Both the position numbers and the translations under genes were made by a program. Under the pieces are notes generated by a model. That model worked only from the letters and a program-made list of their open reading frames with translations, searched no databases and was not told where the DNA came from. A stretch of 51,918 nt of DNA from a virus (Duplodnaviria > Caudoviricetes), in IMG/VR virus record IMGVR_UViG_3300044728_000198, positions 1-51,918 of that record, one strand, 5' to 3'. Of this stretch, positions 39,101 to 47,670 are shown in pieces. Within the stretch, counting starts at the first letter, position 1, and each line of letters begins with the position of its first letter.

Positions 39101-40496
39101 TTACGCGGGCACGCCGACACTGGGCAAAGTCGTCAACGCCTTCCTGGAACTGGGCCTGGGACGGACCATCCGCGCCATGCGGGCGGCGCTCGCGGGGTCC
39201 GGCACGGACTTCATACGGGTTTTGCTTACTCACGCCATGGGCCCCGAGACCACCAACCGCCAGAAGAACATGAAGGACGACGCGCAACGCATGTTGCGTG
39301 AGTGGGGCGTGCCCAACGACCGGATGCTGGAACTCAAACAGTGGTCCGACGATATCGGAGATCGCTTACCGTTCCGGTCTGAACTCGACACGCCCACGGG
39401 TAAACTCTTCGCCCAGGCGCTGCGCCGCCTGATGGACCGGGTGAACGTGGACCCGGGTCCCGCCGACAAGGCCATGGGTTCGTTGCAGACCCCCATGTTC
39501 AACATGATGTTCGCGCTGACCTCGTTTATTTACACCGCCTTCCGTCACCACATCATGCCGTCGTTCCACCACACGGCGGTCGCCTACGAGCGTCAGGCCG
39601 AGCGGACCCGCGCCCTCCCGGGGGGAGCATCCAACGCCCGGGCCCGTTACGAAGGCACCACGGCCTTCGCCCGGCAACTGGGTGCCGCCGTCCTGGGGGC
39701 GGGCGTCCTGGTGGCGGGCACGTTCCTGGTGACCATGGTGCGAAACGCCATCTTCAGCGCCGACACCTTCGCGAAACACGCTGATGACGGCACGCTGTTC
39801 GAGTGGCTGGCCGGGTCCGCCATGTCGCAGTCGGGCCTGGGCGGTCCGCCCGATCTCATCATCCAGGCGCTCACCGGGCTGCGCTACCACGCCGATCTGT
39901 CGAACCTGACGCAGGGCGCTTTCCTCGCGGCGGACATCCGTCATCTCATAGACATCGCGAAGTGGGCCGGGTCCTACATGAGCGGCAAGGAAAACTCGAC
40001 CAACACCGAGGCTTACAACGCGCTCTATGCCCTGACCCAGTTGATCTACAAACCGGCGATGCTCTCCAGCGTCGCGTGGATCGCCGAGCGGGTCCCCATG
40101 GGCGGACCCGTCGCCACCGCCCTCATGGGGCTCTCGGTTCTCGGGGCGTCGGGGACCACCACACGCGGCATGGTCAACACCATCGCCGGGGAGCGGGGCT
40201 CGACGAACAAGCCCGCCGGGCCCCGGTCAGCCGCCGGGCGCGCCGCCCATGAACGGACTCTGCCCTCGCGCGGAAAAGCGGGTCCCACGGCCAAGAAAGA
40301 CACCGAGGAAGAGGGCGGCGGAAGCGCCACCGCGTCAGCCGTCGCCGGGTTCGCCGACGATGCCCTGGTGCCTTTGCTGCGGTTCACGCCGGGTCCGGTC
40401 AAAGCCATCGGCGCGGGGGTGGGAGCCGCCGCCATGTTCGGCGCGCTCCTGTATGACGCGTCTCAGTACAACACGCCGCCGAAGAAGCATCACTAG
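33180..40496 (+). CDS. Large polyvalent/internal virion protein with LPD1-like zincin domain
   Basis: 2438 aa. AHEHWHAIDHY...YELMARAGEAY...YPNATDRALIFAGFDKL matches the LPD1 pattern. Last gene of the virion operon. Confidence 0.8.
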   Translation: MANAALQRRDDDSDLPMGSLTPFPQQTQQAPAPVAVPVPDDSDLPMGSLTPFPQQTQQAPAPVPVPPVPTRSISDIFTDTAPGAFAGLPGVPEQTEGPGAMPVPPPDPRVGAAQSALDAMRDVRNESWQLARGDAFDPNQPIPPPVDRTFGGKIAYGLAKTSPTLAGMALGAAGGAELGAPAGPWGGVIGGALGGVTGGGVMAFTQELIPAYQDARRRGLNHEQSTDEAYKVAATSGILTGATAPLFSLRYVKNIVGDILLKTAVTGPAVGAAGQIATPMVTGQPMPTGEEMLEGYLQNAAGGAILAGAHHAIPRIIDRFRPDTRPNLDLGTPPTEQGPGALGGPAQPPPVPPVGPAPASVEPPWRRSGYDANAGPPAVEGPFGQLFTPGQEPPPIPPVQTSPASVPAPWRRGADPTGSAPVEPTPTGTEAPPAPVSPVPVEPITEPPPVPPPAAPVVVPSPEPIPTTGQEPDGQLSTTRPPNATQPVTTEPVPTDVPGTGTTGVVPVAPVPEPVAAPTTEPAVVSPAGGDLPAPGVEPLTPTPTPTPTTPAEPEGAQTPVPAEPTAAAPATPEPPAKRPVSEAEHSQLRTDLANARKALDNAIRKNEPQEKIEKLKARVAETGAAYDNAEGPPTRPTFILGGKSRQELMAGHEAAAKAHEAAVTQRIHTEGETPVADPKGVARVFTKDIVTATPTITAVVSTDTKGNAWAGSGNVMTRDPVMVKAAEAASKKSTVTRREVPPDALERVVAPKKDVTYEPVTWERTVSPGGGRIVIGTLKSGEHVVLQKPVFDALSSAAGKGGTLVSAGTKKDDRVFAHNAKGEVVGVGMPYKHDQTLARSYARGLDKPAEPETKTPAPEPKVKAPEPDTGKTTPVPAETTRISARDLQPGDKVWSVLGKDLVVQKIVTTKSGQIEVHIAGREHPLLVDATEPMNIRPREAAPPESKGPTPTTETTTAKSLKPGDTIITPGGEHLKVIAVTGGEKATMVRVEGRKTALKYPPNREVTIQKGAVSDAGESVESKTFGPTPSVRKAAARVAAGLQPHRPAPRVRRHKLQPVPRVPTIGAPLTMEDFSHTRAVTHYRDAFHDALAGTGEDAANAANRPITQQIALLSQALKTKYGFKNVIVEPNVEPRITRDQLLNMHHNMQNMAAALGWSNQVISLLGRLQLHLVPRGFNGEHWMGQYAFANNEIGISGGSNSYAHEHWHAIDHYLSDLLNKNPNKTALFSMAGKEGQIDTAADPVQKAFAELLNLLSHDQGALMLKRMMLSNTAMKTDKAGNPTPSAIVAQTQLAMIDRAQTTKLKIPPSPFKAQALAMPKGGSYYAQIYELMARAGEAYTGYVMTAQGMDTAGVVKADAGYRSQTIAYLRQAYPNATDRALIFAGFDKLVVEMQRAGILTAGHTPAMRASEGTTLPMWHDRPPDVGPGFMARLKADIRALRPSELWSADHDWLFTPEDGSPPPLMYDSKGNRPVPKGSLTRGVDNVSRIFGSALGNLERLRRQAPPAARPYVTEVLDRIGVSHEGRWQPITFEEMVRTYVRPTTSEFEDILKDSGLTNRAGRLRLSPTENKHFWHALTTGESRYPVNPDGSGGTVPISNAIMDATGKVRVLMDKAHEYMRTEGGLDVGYPRDAGYAPRVFDDNRILANEAGFVGDMTKLNKVIIDKDLAKEPDADAQVARLAEWWSDSETALKGSAPQAVQDAMKRIVAVQKRIAAIDAELAAGGAGKSPIPNLHDPVKLGQERLDLLDEGRKLYAAHKDAARDHIAKYEAQSRYNAIAAVDPVKFETFGPRSEFLRKRTLPGEADQYLRNWLIQNPRVGLANYFNGVGRKVAYTKMFGEKGDILEGLTQRMTLAGMASEDVDQVARIVELVTGRAMRDKNVAATNVANWVSALGSFMTLSGASISAIGETFGSMMLPAGTAGQRFRFMASSLGKTFGQVWHTADAAERAMLVRHIGGVTSHLQGMASAGRFADYAGTPTLGKVVNAFLELGLGRTIRAMRAALAGSGTDFIRVLLTHAMGPETTNRQKNMKDDAQRMLREWGVPNDRMLELKQWSDDIGDRLPFRSELDTPTGKLFAQALRRLMDRVNVDPGPADKAMGSLQTPMFNMMFALTSFIYTAFRHHIMPSFHHTAVAYERQAERTRALPGGASNARARYEGTTAFARQLGAAVLGAGVLVAGTFLVTMVRNAIFSADTFAKHADDGTLFEWLAGSAMSQSGLGGPPDLIIQALTGLRYHADLSNLTQGAFLAADIRHLIDIAKWAGSYMSGKENSTNTEAYNALYALTQLIYKPAMLSSVAWIAERVPMGGPVATALMGLSVLGASGTTTRGMVNTIAGERGSTNKPAGPRSAAGRAAHERTLPSRGKAGPTAKKDTEEEGGGSATASAVAGFADDALVPLLRFTPGPVKAIGAGVGAAAMFGALLYDASQYNTPPKKHH
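33210..33368 (+). repeat. 87-bp-period in-frame tandem duplication
   Basis: DDSDLPMGSLTPFPQQTQQAPAPV is encoded twice by near-identical DNA (starts 33210 and 33297). Confidence 0.95.
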
Positions 40497-42475
40497 TCCT
40501 TGCGGTAACGCTTCCCCACGCTGGCGACGGCGGCGACCGGCAGCCCGGGGGCCCACGGCACCGAGCGGTTCATCGCCCACGATAACCAGTCTTTGAGGGC
40601 GGGGGCCCTGGCTTCCTCGATCTCGGCGACCAGTTCGTCGTGCACGGTGGTGATGATGGGCACGCCCTTGGCATGGGCGGCGATCATGCTCTCGGCCATG
40701 ACATCCCGGGCGATGGCCTGGACGATGTTCTCGGTGAGTTTCCCCGGCCACGATCTGAGCCGGTATTTCTCGTCCGGTTCGGTGCCGCTGTAGGTTAACT
40801 CCGGGTGGCCATGCTCCGAGTGATAGGTCACCTGGGGGTTCCAGTAGACCAGCGCCCTCTGGCTGGGCAGGTGGACCCGGAGGGTGCGGTGCCCACGGTT
40901 GAACGTGATCGGACCAAACGACTCCCCGTGGCCCGGGGGGCTCGACACCACGCGCAGCGCCGCCCGGTGGGCCTCCCACCAAAAGTTGACGACACGGCTG
41001 TTGAGTTTGCGCCACGCGTCGACGGAGTTCCTGGCCTCGAGTTCGTCGAGGACGACGCCGTAACTCAGGGCCGTCTTCTGGAACCGCGTCGGGCCCATCC
41101 CAAAACCGCACGCCAGCACCAGCACCTTGCCCAACTGGCGGTTGGTCGAGCCGATCTTGCGGGCGGTGTAGTTATAGATGTCGTCCAGGGGGTCCCGGGT
41201 CTGATCGGCGTGGCGGAACACGTTGAGCATGTCGGTCTGGCCCGCCACCCAAAGCAGCACCCGGGCCTCGATCTGGGAGAGGTCGCAACTCACCAGGAGT
41301 TTGCCCGGGGCCGCCTCGATCACGGAGCGCAAGCTGCTCGCCAGAACCCCCATGGCTGAGTCCTCGAAGAGCAGGTCCAGGTCCTCGACCTGGGCACCGT
41401 GTTCGATGAGGTTGACCGCCTCGGGGATGGCTTTGATCGTGCCCCGGGGCAGGTTCTGGGGCTGAAACCTGCGCCCGGCCCAGCGTCCGGTGCGGTTCGC
41501 GCCATAATACTGGGTGGTCCCGCGCAGCCTGTGATCGCGGTCCGCCGAGCCAAGCAGCGTATCCAGTTTCGCCGTGGAGGAACGCGAGACATCCCGGCGG
41601 CAACGCAGGGCGCGCTCCACGTGAAGCGGTAGTGTCTGGGACGCCAGCATGGCCTCGACGTGTTCGCGGTCCAGTGTGGGCCGGTCCTCGCCGTCGCGCT
41701 CCACCGTGGGCACGGTGACCCCCTGACCCTCGATCCAGGCGACGAGTTTGGTCACCTGCTGGGTGGTGCGTATCTGACCGTTGGTGAGGCGCACCAGTTC
41801 GGCGTTGACCTTGGCCTTGGCGTCCTCGGCCAGTCCACGCATGGTTATCGCCAGGGTCGTGTTCACGGGGATGCCGCGTTGGTTGATCTCGCGGTCGATG
41901 GAGAAAATCTCGGCCTCGCGCGGGTCCAGTTCGGGCACCGTCCGGTCGAGTTCCCGTTCGGCTCCCACGTCGCGGGCGCAGTAAACGCACAAATCCTTGA
42001 AGCGCCCCGGGTCCGTCTCGTGCCACCAAACGGGGTATCCCTCGGGCGTGATATCCCGGGGTTTGGAGAAGCGTATCATCAGCCCATGGGCGGTCTTGTC
42101 CTTGGTGACGGAGAGGTTGAGCAAGGGCCCGATCTTCTCCAGGGCTCCAGGCAGACCCATCGCCAGGGACCGCGCCATGGTGCAGGACCACTGGTCGTCC
42201 CCGATGGGCGGGAACCCCAGGGGCACCAGCTTCGCCGCCCAGACGTTGAGTTCAAAGAGATAGTTATGCGCCACCACCGTGGCCCCCATGCCGATGGCAT
42301 AACAAAGATCAGCGGGGCAAGGACCGCCGGTCCACGTATGGACCGGCTCGTCGTTGATCGCGTAGCAAAGCACGGTGACCTGGGTGGACGGGTGATAGGC
42401 GTAGGCGTGTGCCCCCATCAGGGGCAGTTCGCCCAGCGAACACGTCTCCAGGTCGATCACGACACGGGATTTCAC
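40493..42475 (-). CDS. Phage family A DNA polymerase
   Basis: Exonuclease IDLET and VAHN, motif A DLSQIEAR, motif B RQLGKVLVLACGFG, motif C VHDE. Confidence 0.95.
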   Translation of the reverse strand: MKSRVVIDLETCSLGELPLMGAHAYAYHPSTQVTVLCYAINDEPVHTWTGGPCPADLCYAIGMGATVVAHNYLFELNVWAAKLVPLGFPPIGDDQWSCTMARSLAMGLPGALEKIGPLLNLSVTKDKTAHGLMIRFSKPRDITPEGYPVWWHETDPGRFKDLCVYCARDVGAERELDRTVPELDPREAEIFSIDREINQRGIPVNTTLAITMRGLAEDAKAKVNAELVRLTNGQIRTTQQVTKLVAWIEGQGVTVPTVERDGEDRPTLDREHVEAMLASQTLPLHVERALRCRRDVSRSSTAKLDTLLGSADRDHRLRGTTQYYGANRTGRWAGRRFQPQNLPRGTIKAIPEAVNLIEHGAQVEDLDLLFEDSAMGVLASSLRSVIEAAPGKLLVSCDLSQIEARVLLWVAGQTDMLNVFRHADQTRDPLDDIYNYTARKIGSTNRQLGKVLVLACGFGMGPTRFQKTALSYGVVLDELEARNSVDAWRKLNSRVVNFWWEAHRAALRVVSSPPGHGESFGPITFNRGHRTLRVHLPSQRALVYWNPQVTYHSEHGHPELTYSGTEPDEKYRLRSWPGKLTENIVQAIARDVMAESMIAAHAKGVPIITTVHDELVAEIEEARAPALKDWLSWAMNRSVPWAPGLPVAAVASVGKRYRKD

Positions 42476-42705
42476 TCCGTGATGCCCAGGAGCATGGCGA
42501 GGCGGCGCGTGTCGGTCACCACGCGTCCCCGCAGTTTCGGCGGGATGCCCTTGAGGTCCACCGTCCCGTCGAGAAGCCTCCCATGGAAATACACCAGGGC
42601 CATGCCCAGCAACGCCACGTCGGACCGGGCCAGTAACTCGCCCTGCATGACCACCATGGGATCAGGGGGCGGGTTGTTCTCGTCGAAGACGATGTCCAGG
42701 GGCAT
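42472..42705 (-). CDS. Hypothetical protein
   Basis: ATG 42705 follows AAGGGA. The stop overlaps the polymerase start. Confidence 0.6.
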   Translation of the reverse strand: MPLDIVFDENNPPPDPMVVMQGELLARSDVALLGMALVYFHGRLLDGTVDLKGIPPKLRGRVVTDTRRLAMLLGITE

Positions 42706-42707
42706 GG

Positions 42708-42977
42708 TCAGGTTCCCTTTCCGGTCCAGATCACCCGCAACCGCTCCGTGAGACGGCAGACGTTCCACAGGTGAAGCAACGCCTGACGGTCACCGTAGAA
42801 GTTGACCGCCGTGGCGAAGTCCACGTCGAACGGCGGGTGCGGGTCCGAGAGCGAAGCACGCAGCCCATGGTGCGCCACCAGGAGGTTGTCGATGGCTCGC
42901 CCAAGGTCATGCAGGTCCTGGGAGAGTTGCTCCCCCGTCCTGCCGGACGGGGGAACCTGGGGCTCTTCGCCGCTCAA
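42708..42977 (-). CDS. Hypothetical protein
   Basis: TTGA overlap with the SSB stop. Fills the operon gap. Confidence 0.55.
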   Translation of the reverse strand: MSGEEPQVPPSGRTGEQLSQDLHDLGRAIDNLLVAHHGLRASLSDPHPPFDVDFATAVNFYGDRQALLHLWNVCRLTERLRVIWTGKGT

Positions 42978-43558
42978 AACGGCGGCTCGTCGTCGTCGAC
43001 GCCCGCGCCCGCGCCAACCAGCACCGGATCGCCATACACGTCGAACTCTTCCTCGGCCTTCTTGCGATCATCCAGGCGGGGGCCGTCCGTCCGGCAAATC
43101 TGGACGTTGTTGAGGTTGAAACTCACGCCCTTGTTGCCCGAGACATCGTAGGCGAAGGCCCTGACCGTGCAGCGGGCCATCTGCCCCGCCCAGACATCGC
43201 CGGGCACGGTGACCAACTGAAGCCGGGCGTCCACCACGCCGGGGCGGTCCTTGCTCCAGGGCTGGATGAAAATCCCCCCGGCCATATCGGAGTAGCCCCG
43301 GGTTTTCTTGGTCTCGGTGCGGCGGAAGGGCGAGCGGATGGAAGCGACGAACTCCTTGTCACGGGACTTGCCCTGACCAAACGTGTCGTCGATGGCGACA
43401 CCGATGGCGCGGCGCAGTTCCAGGAAAGCCGGGTCCTGTTGCGCGGTCTTGTCGAACAGGAGGGCGCACGAGAAGCGCGCTTCGGCGTTCGGCGCGGCGG
43501 CGCGGGCGACGAACAGGTGCGGGTAACTCAGTAACCCGATGGGGGTGGTGACACTCAT
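42974..43558 (-). CDS. ssDNA-binding protein (DUF2815 / gp2.5-like)
   Basis: LSYPHLF, GNKGVSFNLNNVQ and an acidic tail ending DDDEPPF. Confidence 0.9.
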   Translation of the reverse strand: MSVTTPIGLLSYPHLFVARAAAPNAEARFSCALLFDKTAQQDPAFLELRRAIGVAIDDTFGQGKSRDKEFVASIRSPFRRTETKKTRGYSDMAGGIFIQPWSKDRPGVVDARLQLVTVPGDVWAGQMARCTVRAFAYDVSGNKGVSFNLNNVQICRTDGPRLDDRKKAEEEFDVYGDPVLVGAGAGVDDDEPPF

Positions 43559-43585
43559 GGTTTGGATGCTTTCACGGTTGAGCGG

Positions 43586-44791
43586 TCAGAACGGGCTATC
43601 GTGGTCGGTCGGCGCGTCGCCCGGGAGCGCGTCGAAGGAGGGAGCCTCGCGGCGGGCGAGTTTGACGCCCCCCGATCGGCTTTCGATGTGGGGCTCGACC
43701 CAGGCCCAGTAGCCCGGTTCGCGCTTCATGAGTTTCTCGATCTGGGCGGGGGATTTGAGTTCCACCTTCATGAAGTCGTTGATCCCCGCCGAGGCCAGCA
43801 GCGTCTCGACTTTCTTCGGGTCATCCCAGACCCGGCGCGGGCGCGTGGGCACCACGCCCCAGCCGGGGATATCCATCCCGTCCTGGGCTCTGGCCAGGGC
43901 GTGAACCTTGACGGTCTCGGCCCAGGTCGCCACGGTCTCGGCGAGGTTCAGAAGCTTCGAGAGTTCAGCCCCGTTGGTTTTATCGTCGAACTGCGCCGCC
44001 GCCGCCTGTTGCGCGGCCTCGAGCATCTTCGGGCACGCGTGGGAGACCGGGCAGAACCCGCACCAGTCGCCCAGCACGTAAGGCGGATCGGGTTGGGTGC
44101 AGCGGTCGACCGCCGGGATCAGCACGTCGTCCACCCACATCCGCACGTCCAGCGCGGTCACGTCCCAGTGACGTATCTTTTCCTGGGAACGCACGTTGGG
44201 CTGCACGACCGTGAGCCTGACGTGTTTGACGTGTTCAGCGAACGGGTGCGCCAGCATCCCCGCCGCGTAATAGAGAAGCTGCGGGTTGTCGGCCACGTTC
44301 ACGGTGACGCCGGAGCCGTTCTTGTAGTCCACGATCTCCAGGCGATCCTTGGTCCAAAGCGCCACGTCGCACCGGCCAAACATAACCACGGGCGGCGGTT
44401 TCGTGGACGGGAACCACCCGTCAAGACACACGGTTTGCTCCACCCAGATAGTGGCGTCATCCGCCCCGGCCTCGACGATCTCCTGGACATACGTCACCAT
44501 CATCCCGACGCCCACCAGCATTTCGGTGTCCACCAGGATGTCATGGCCGTCCATCGTGACGGTGTTGCCTTCGGCGCGGTCGAGAACCTCGTCGAAGGGG
44601 TCCGGGCTCGCCAGAGCCTCTTCGATCAGATCATGCGCCACGGTGCCCCGGGCGGCATGGACGCTGGCGCTGCGATGCCGGTGGACCTTGCCCAGGGCGA
44701 AGGACCCAGGGCAGTGGGCCCAACGGTGCATCCCCGACGCACCCAAATCCGAGTGCGCCGGAAGATCGTCGGGGAGAACGCCGGGGTTCAC
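43586..44791 (-). CDS. DUF2800 PD-(D/E)xK (Cas4-like) exonuclease
   Basis: HSDLGASGMHRWAHCPGS, GTVAH, FGRCD, IVDYKNG, NPQLLYYA and WCGFCPVSHAC. Confidence 0.9.
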   Translation of the reverse strand: MNPGVLPDDLPAHSDLGASGMHRWAHCPGSFALGKVHRHRSASVHAARGTVAHDLIEEALASPDPFDEVLDRAEGNTVTMDGHDILVDTEMLVGVGMMVTYVQEIVEAGADDATIWVEQTVCLDGWFPSTKPPPVVMFGRCDVALWTKDRLEIVDYKNGSGVTVNVADNPQLLYYAAGMLAHPFAEHVKHVRLTVVQPNVRSQEKIRHWDVTALDVRMWVDDVLIPAVDRCTQPDPPYVLGDWCGFCPVSHACPKMLEAAQQAAAAQFDDKTNGAELSKLLNLAETVATWAETVKVHALARAQDGMDIPGWGVVPTRPRRVWDDPKKVETLLASAGINDFMKVELKSPAQIEKLMKREPGYWAWVEPHIESRSGGVKLARREAPSFDALPGDAPTDHDSPF

Positions 44792-45465
44792 GCGGTAATC
44801 GCCGACGGCAGCGCCACGCCCAGCTTCTTCGCCAGGGTGTAAGCACTGGTGAACAGGCCCGCCGCCGCCTCGGGGGGCAGGTCGGTGAACTTGGCGACCT
44901 TGTGCGCCTTCTGGAGGTCCTTGACGTGCGCCGCGCCGCCGGGGGCGTCGTAGATGCAGCGCAGCACGACCAGGGCGTCGTCCAGCGACTGCTGCGGCGT
45001 GCGAGGGTTCCCCGCCGCCGCCGCTGCCTTGGCGGCTGGCTGCGGCGGCGCGGGCACGGGAACCGGCGGCGGCGCGGGGATGGCGGGGCTCAGAGGGTCT
45101 TCGTCGTCGTCGTCATCGTCGCCGTCAGCGGCTTTGGCTTTGGCTTCGGCCTCGGCTTCGGCCTTGGCTTTGGCGGCGGCGCGTTCGGCGGTCCGGTCAC
45201 GGATGCGCTTCGGCTTCTCGGGGGCCGGGGCCTCGGCTTCGATCTCGATGTCGCCGTTGGTCATGGCCGGAGCCGGAGCCGGGGCCTCGTCGGGGACGTA
45301 GGGCGTGGGGTTTTGCAGGGCCGGTCCCGCACTCGGCATGGGCGTGGGGCCCTGTTTGGCGTCGGTGGTGAACGCCGTGGTGGACTTCGCCAACTGGGCG
45401 ATCAGGTCGACGACGGCCTTGCGGTCCGCCGCCGTGGTCGGTTCGACTTCAAACGTGATTTTCAT
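44788..45465 (-). CDS. Ala/Pro-rich replication-module protein
   Basis: Likely start is MKITFEV at 45465 (ATGA overlap). The C-terminal VAKFTDLPPE domain is typical upstream of DUF2800 genes. Confidence 0.7.
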   Translation of the reverse strand: MKITFEVEPTTAADRKAVVDLIAQLAKSTTAFTTDAKQGPTPMPSAGPALQNPTPYVPDEAPAPAPAMTNGDIEIEAEAPAPEKPKRIRDRTAERAAAKAKAEAEAEAKAKAADGDDDDDDEDPLSPAIPAPPPVPVPAPPQPAAKAAAAAGNPRTPQQSLDDALVVLRCIYDAPGGAAHVKDLQKAHKVAKFTDLPPEAAAGLFTSAYTLAKKLGVALPSAITA

Positions 45466-45647
45466 GTGGTCTCTTTCTCGATGTCGGCCCGCGCACCATG
45501 CGCGAGCCGGGTGACGATCCACCGGTTGACCGAGACGCCCTCGGCTTCCGCGCACGCTTCGACACGCCGCGCGAGAGACGGAGGCATCCGAAACGTCACG
45601 GGGACGATCCGGGTGCCCGGTGGATGCTTCAGGAGCGCGCCGGTCAC
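45462..45647 (-). CDS. Ribbon-helix-helix (Arc/HicB-like) DNA-binding protein
   Basis: VTFRMPPSLARRVEACAEAEGVSVNRWI, with AAGGA RBS. Confidence 0.8.
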   Translation of the reverse strand: MTGALLKHPPGTRIVPVTFRMPPSLARRVEACAEAEGVSVNRWIVTRLAHGARADIEKETT

Positions 45648-46000
45648 GGCTCGTCCTTTTTGAGGGCAGTCCGCGCGATACGCGCGATCTGGGTGACAAC
45701 GTGCCTCATATTAGAGGCGGCGACCCGGTCCAGGGTCAGGCCGCGATCCTCCAGCGCGACCCGGGCCATGTCCCAGTAGTCGGCGTCCGGTTCGGGAAAA
45801 ACCGTGAGCGGGTAGGCGTTCTCCCACTCCGAGACACGCCACAGGGCTTCCTCCAGCCGCTCGATACGGTCGTGGAGTTGCTCGATCTCGTCGGTGTGGG
45901 GGTTGGGCATGGCATCCTTCCGGGGTTCACCGCACATCACGCACCTGGTCTGACCCCAGAGATGGCCCTGGGTCTCGCAGGTGACATCGAAGTCGGTCAT
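45644..46000 (-). CDS. Hypothetical protein
   Basis: Overlaps both neighbours. Small Cys/His cluster (C..GH...CVMC) and WENAYPLTVFPEPD. Confidence 0.7.
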   Translation of the reverse strand: MTDFDVTCETQGHLWGQTRCVMCGEPRKDAMPNPHTDEIEQLHDRIERLEEALWRVSEWENAYPLTVFPEPDADYWDMARVALEDRGLTLDRVAASNMRHVVTQIARIARTALKKDEP

Positions 46001-46161
46001 CGCCGCCGCCCTCCCGTGTGGTCCAGCCAGAGCCGCAGCCGGTCATCTTCCAACATATCGCGCTGCAACCGGAGTTGTTCCTGTTGGAACAGCTTCAGGT
46101 CCAGGTCCTGGTGACTGACGCACCCCGACAAGGCGAGACACACAAGAGCCCAGGTTTTCAT
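45997..46161 (-). CDS. Small putative lipoprotein (54 aa, below track cut-off)
   Basis: MKTWALVCLALSGC signal with lipobox, GAGG RBS, and ATGA overlaps at both ends. Confidence 0.7.
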   Translation of the reverse strand: MKTWALVCLALSGCVSHQDLDLKLFQQEQLRLQRDMLEDDRLRLWLDHTGGRRR

Positions 46162-47579
46162 GGTCCGTCCTCATGCTTGGGTGGATCGGCGGCGTAGAGG
46201 GTCAGCAACTCGACGGCCTTGCGCCGGAAGGCGGTCATCACGCGGTGGTCCAGCGAGCCGGGTATGTAGAGGAACGTGGCGATCACGGGGGCGCTCTGCC
46301 CAAGACGCCATGCCCGGGCGATGGCCTGTTCGTTCTCGCCCGGCACCCAACTGGGTTCCAGCATGACCACTTCGCTGGCGGCGGTCAGGGTGATGGCCGA
46401 TCCAGCCGCCTTGGTCTGGCCGATGAAGACGCGCGCTTTGGGGTTGTTCTGAAACGTATCCACCTTCGCCATCCGCGCGTCGGGCGACGTGGAGCCGGTG
46501 ATGGTCACGGGGTTGAAGTCCATCAGCCACTCGGCCAAACCCTCGATGACCGACAGGTGCCACGCGAAAACGATGATCTTGTTGACGCCCTGGTTGAGCC
46601 GGTCACGCAGCCACTCCGACGCCGCCTGGACCTTGCTCTCGCCCAGGACGCGCCGCAGGGTGCCGATGCCCACGCTGTCACGCGTCATCGCCGGGATCAC
46701 GTCGTCGATGGGCAGGGCCATGTATTTGCGCACGTCGGTCTCGAAACCCTGGGGGATGGGCGGCAAGGGCACCGACAAGGGCAGGTCCTGGATTTGCAAC
46801 GGCGGCAGGTCTTTGAGGACATCCTGACGCCGCCGTCTGATGATGACCTCCTTGAGGGCGTCGCGCAGCCGGTCCTGGTTCACGCTGCCCTGGATTTGAC
46901 GGCCATAGGGCCCGTCTTTGTAGCGGGTGTAGCGTTCCTGGAAGTCGGGTTCGCTCAGGGGCTTGCCCTCGTGGGTGACGTAAGGCTTCCAGAAGGCGTT
47001 GTAGTGCGGCCAGAGTTCCGCCGCGTGGTTCGGGCAGGGCGTCCCGGAGAGTAGCAGGGTTCGGTCCACATGGCCCAAAAGCCCCTGGGTCATCCCGGTG
47101 CGGTGCCGTCCCCCGTAGATGGCCCGGGTGCGGTTGGACTGGTTTTTAAGATACTGGCACTCGTCCAGCACCAGCAGGTCCCAGCGCCGCAGGGCGAGCC
47201 AGGGCCCCCAGACCTTGAGGGCGGCGGGTTGGCTGAACACGTCATACGAGAGGACCAACAGGACTTCGTCCAGTATCTCGACGTGCCGCCCGGGGCGATC
47301 CGAGAAGACGGGCACCCAGGTGGATTTGAAGAGGGTGGGCCAGTGCTTGCGCACTTCGATGCGCCAGGACACCCGCCCGATGGCGGGGGCGATGACCAGG
47401 ACCCGCCGCGCGTCCAGCGCGCTGATGACCGCCAGCGTCTCGAGTGTCTTACCCAGCCCGGGATCATCCGCCAGCAGCACGCCCGTTTCGCCGCGCTCGA
47501 ACGCCTTCAGCACGAACTCGACCCCCTGGGTCTGGTAGTCGCGCAGCGAGAGAGCGAGGGAAGCGGGGGCTTGGACCAT
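46158..47579 (-). CDS. SNF2-family helicase
   Basis: LRDYQ, LLADDPGLGKT, VLDECQ, LSGTP and QAIARAWRLGQ. Confidence 0.92.
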   Translation of the reverse strand: MVQAPASLALSLRDYQTQGVEFVLKAFERGETGVLLADDPGLGKTLETLAVISALDARRVLVIAPAIGRVSWRIEVRKHWPTLFKSTWVPVFSDRPGRHVEILDEVLLVLSYDVFSQPAALKVWGPWLALRRWDLLVLDECQYLKNQSNRTRAIYGGRHRTGMTQGLLGHVDRTLLLSGTPCPNHAAELWPHYNAFWKPYVTHEGKPLSEPDFQERYTRYKDGPYGRQIQGSVNQDRLRDALKEVIIRRRRQDVLKDLPPLQIQDLPLSVPLPPIPQGFETDVRKYMALPIDDVIPAMTRDSVGIGTLRRVLGESKVQAASEWLRDRLNQGVNKIIVFAWHLSVIEGLAEWLMDFNPVTITGSTSPDARMAKVDTFQNNPKARVFIGQTKAAGSAITLTAASEVVMLEPSWVPGENEQAIARAWRLGQSAPVIATFLYIPGSLDHRVMTAFRRKAVELLTLYAADPPKHEDGP

Positions 47580-47670
47580 ACGATGGGTTAGCCTTGGGGT
47601 GAAGCGGTTGAGCGTGGACGTGTGTATGCGCGGTTGGGCCTGGGGGTGTCAACCCCATAACAACACTCTG

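Noticed and set aside
30507-39287. Long antisense or alternate-frame ORFs (e.g. 30507-32192, 34944-36443, 35306-36778, 37950-39287; likewise 2966-4099 and 9099-10421)
   Set aside because: They shadow well-supported genes, lack recognisable motifs and are expected in high-GC3 DNA.
43586-44791. Cas4-like nuclease as a sign of CRISPR-Cas
   Set aside because: It sits in the standard DUF2800-DUF2815-PolA block. No cas genes or repeat-spacer array were seen.
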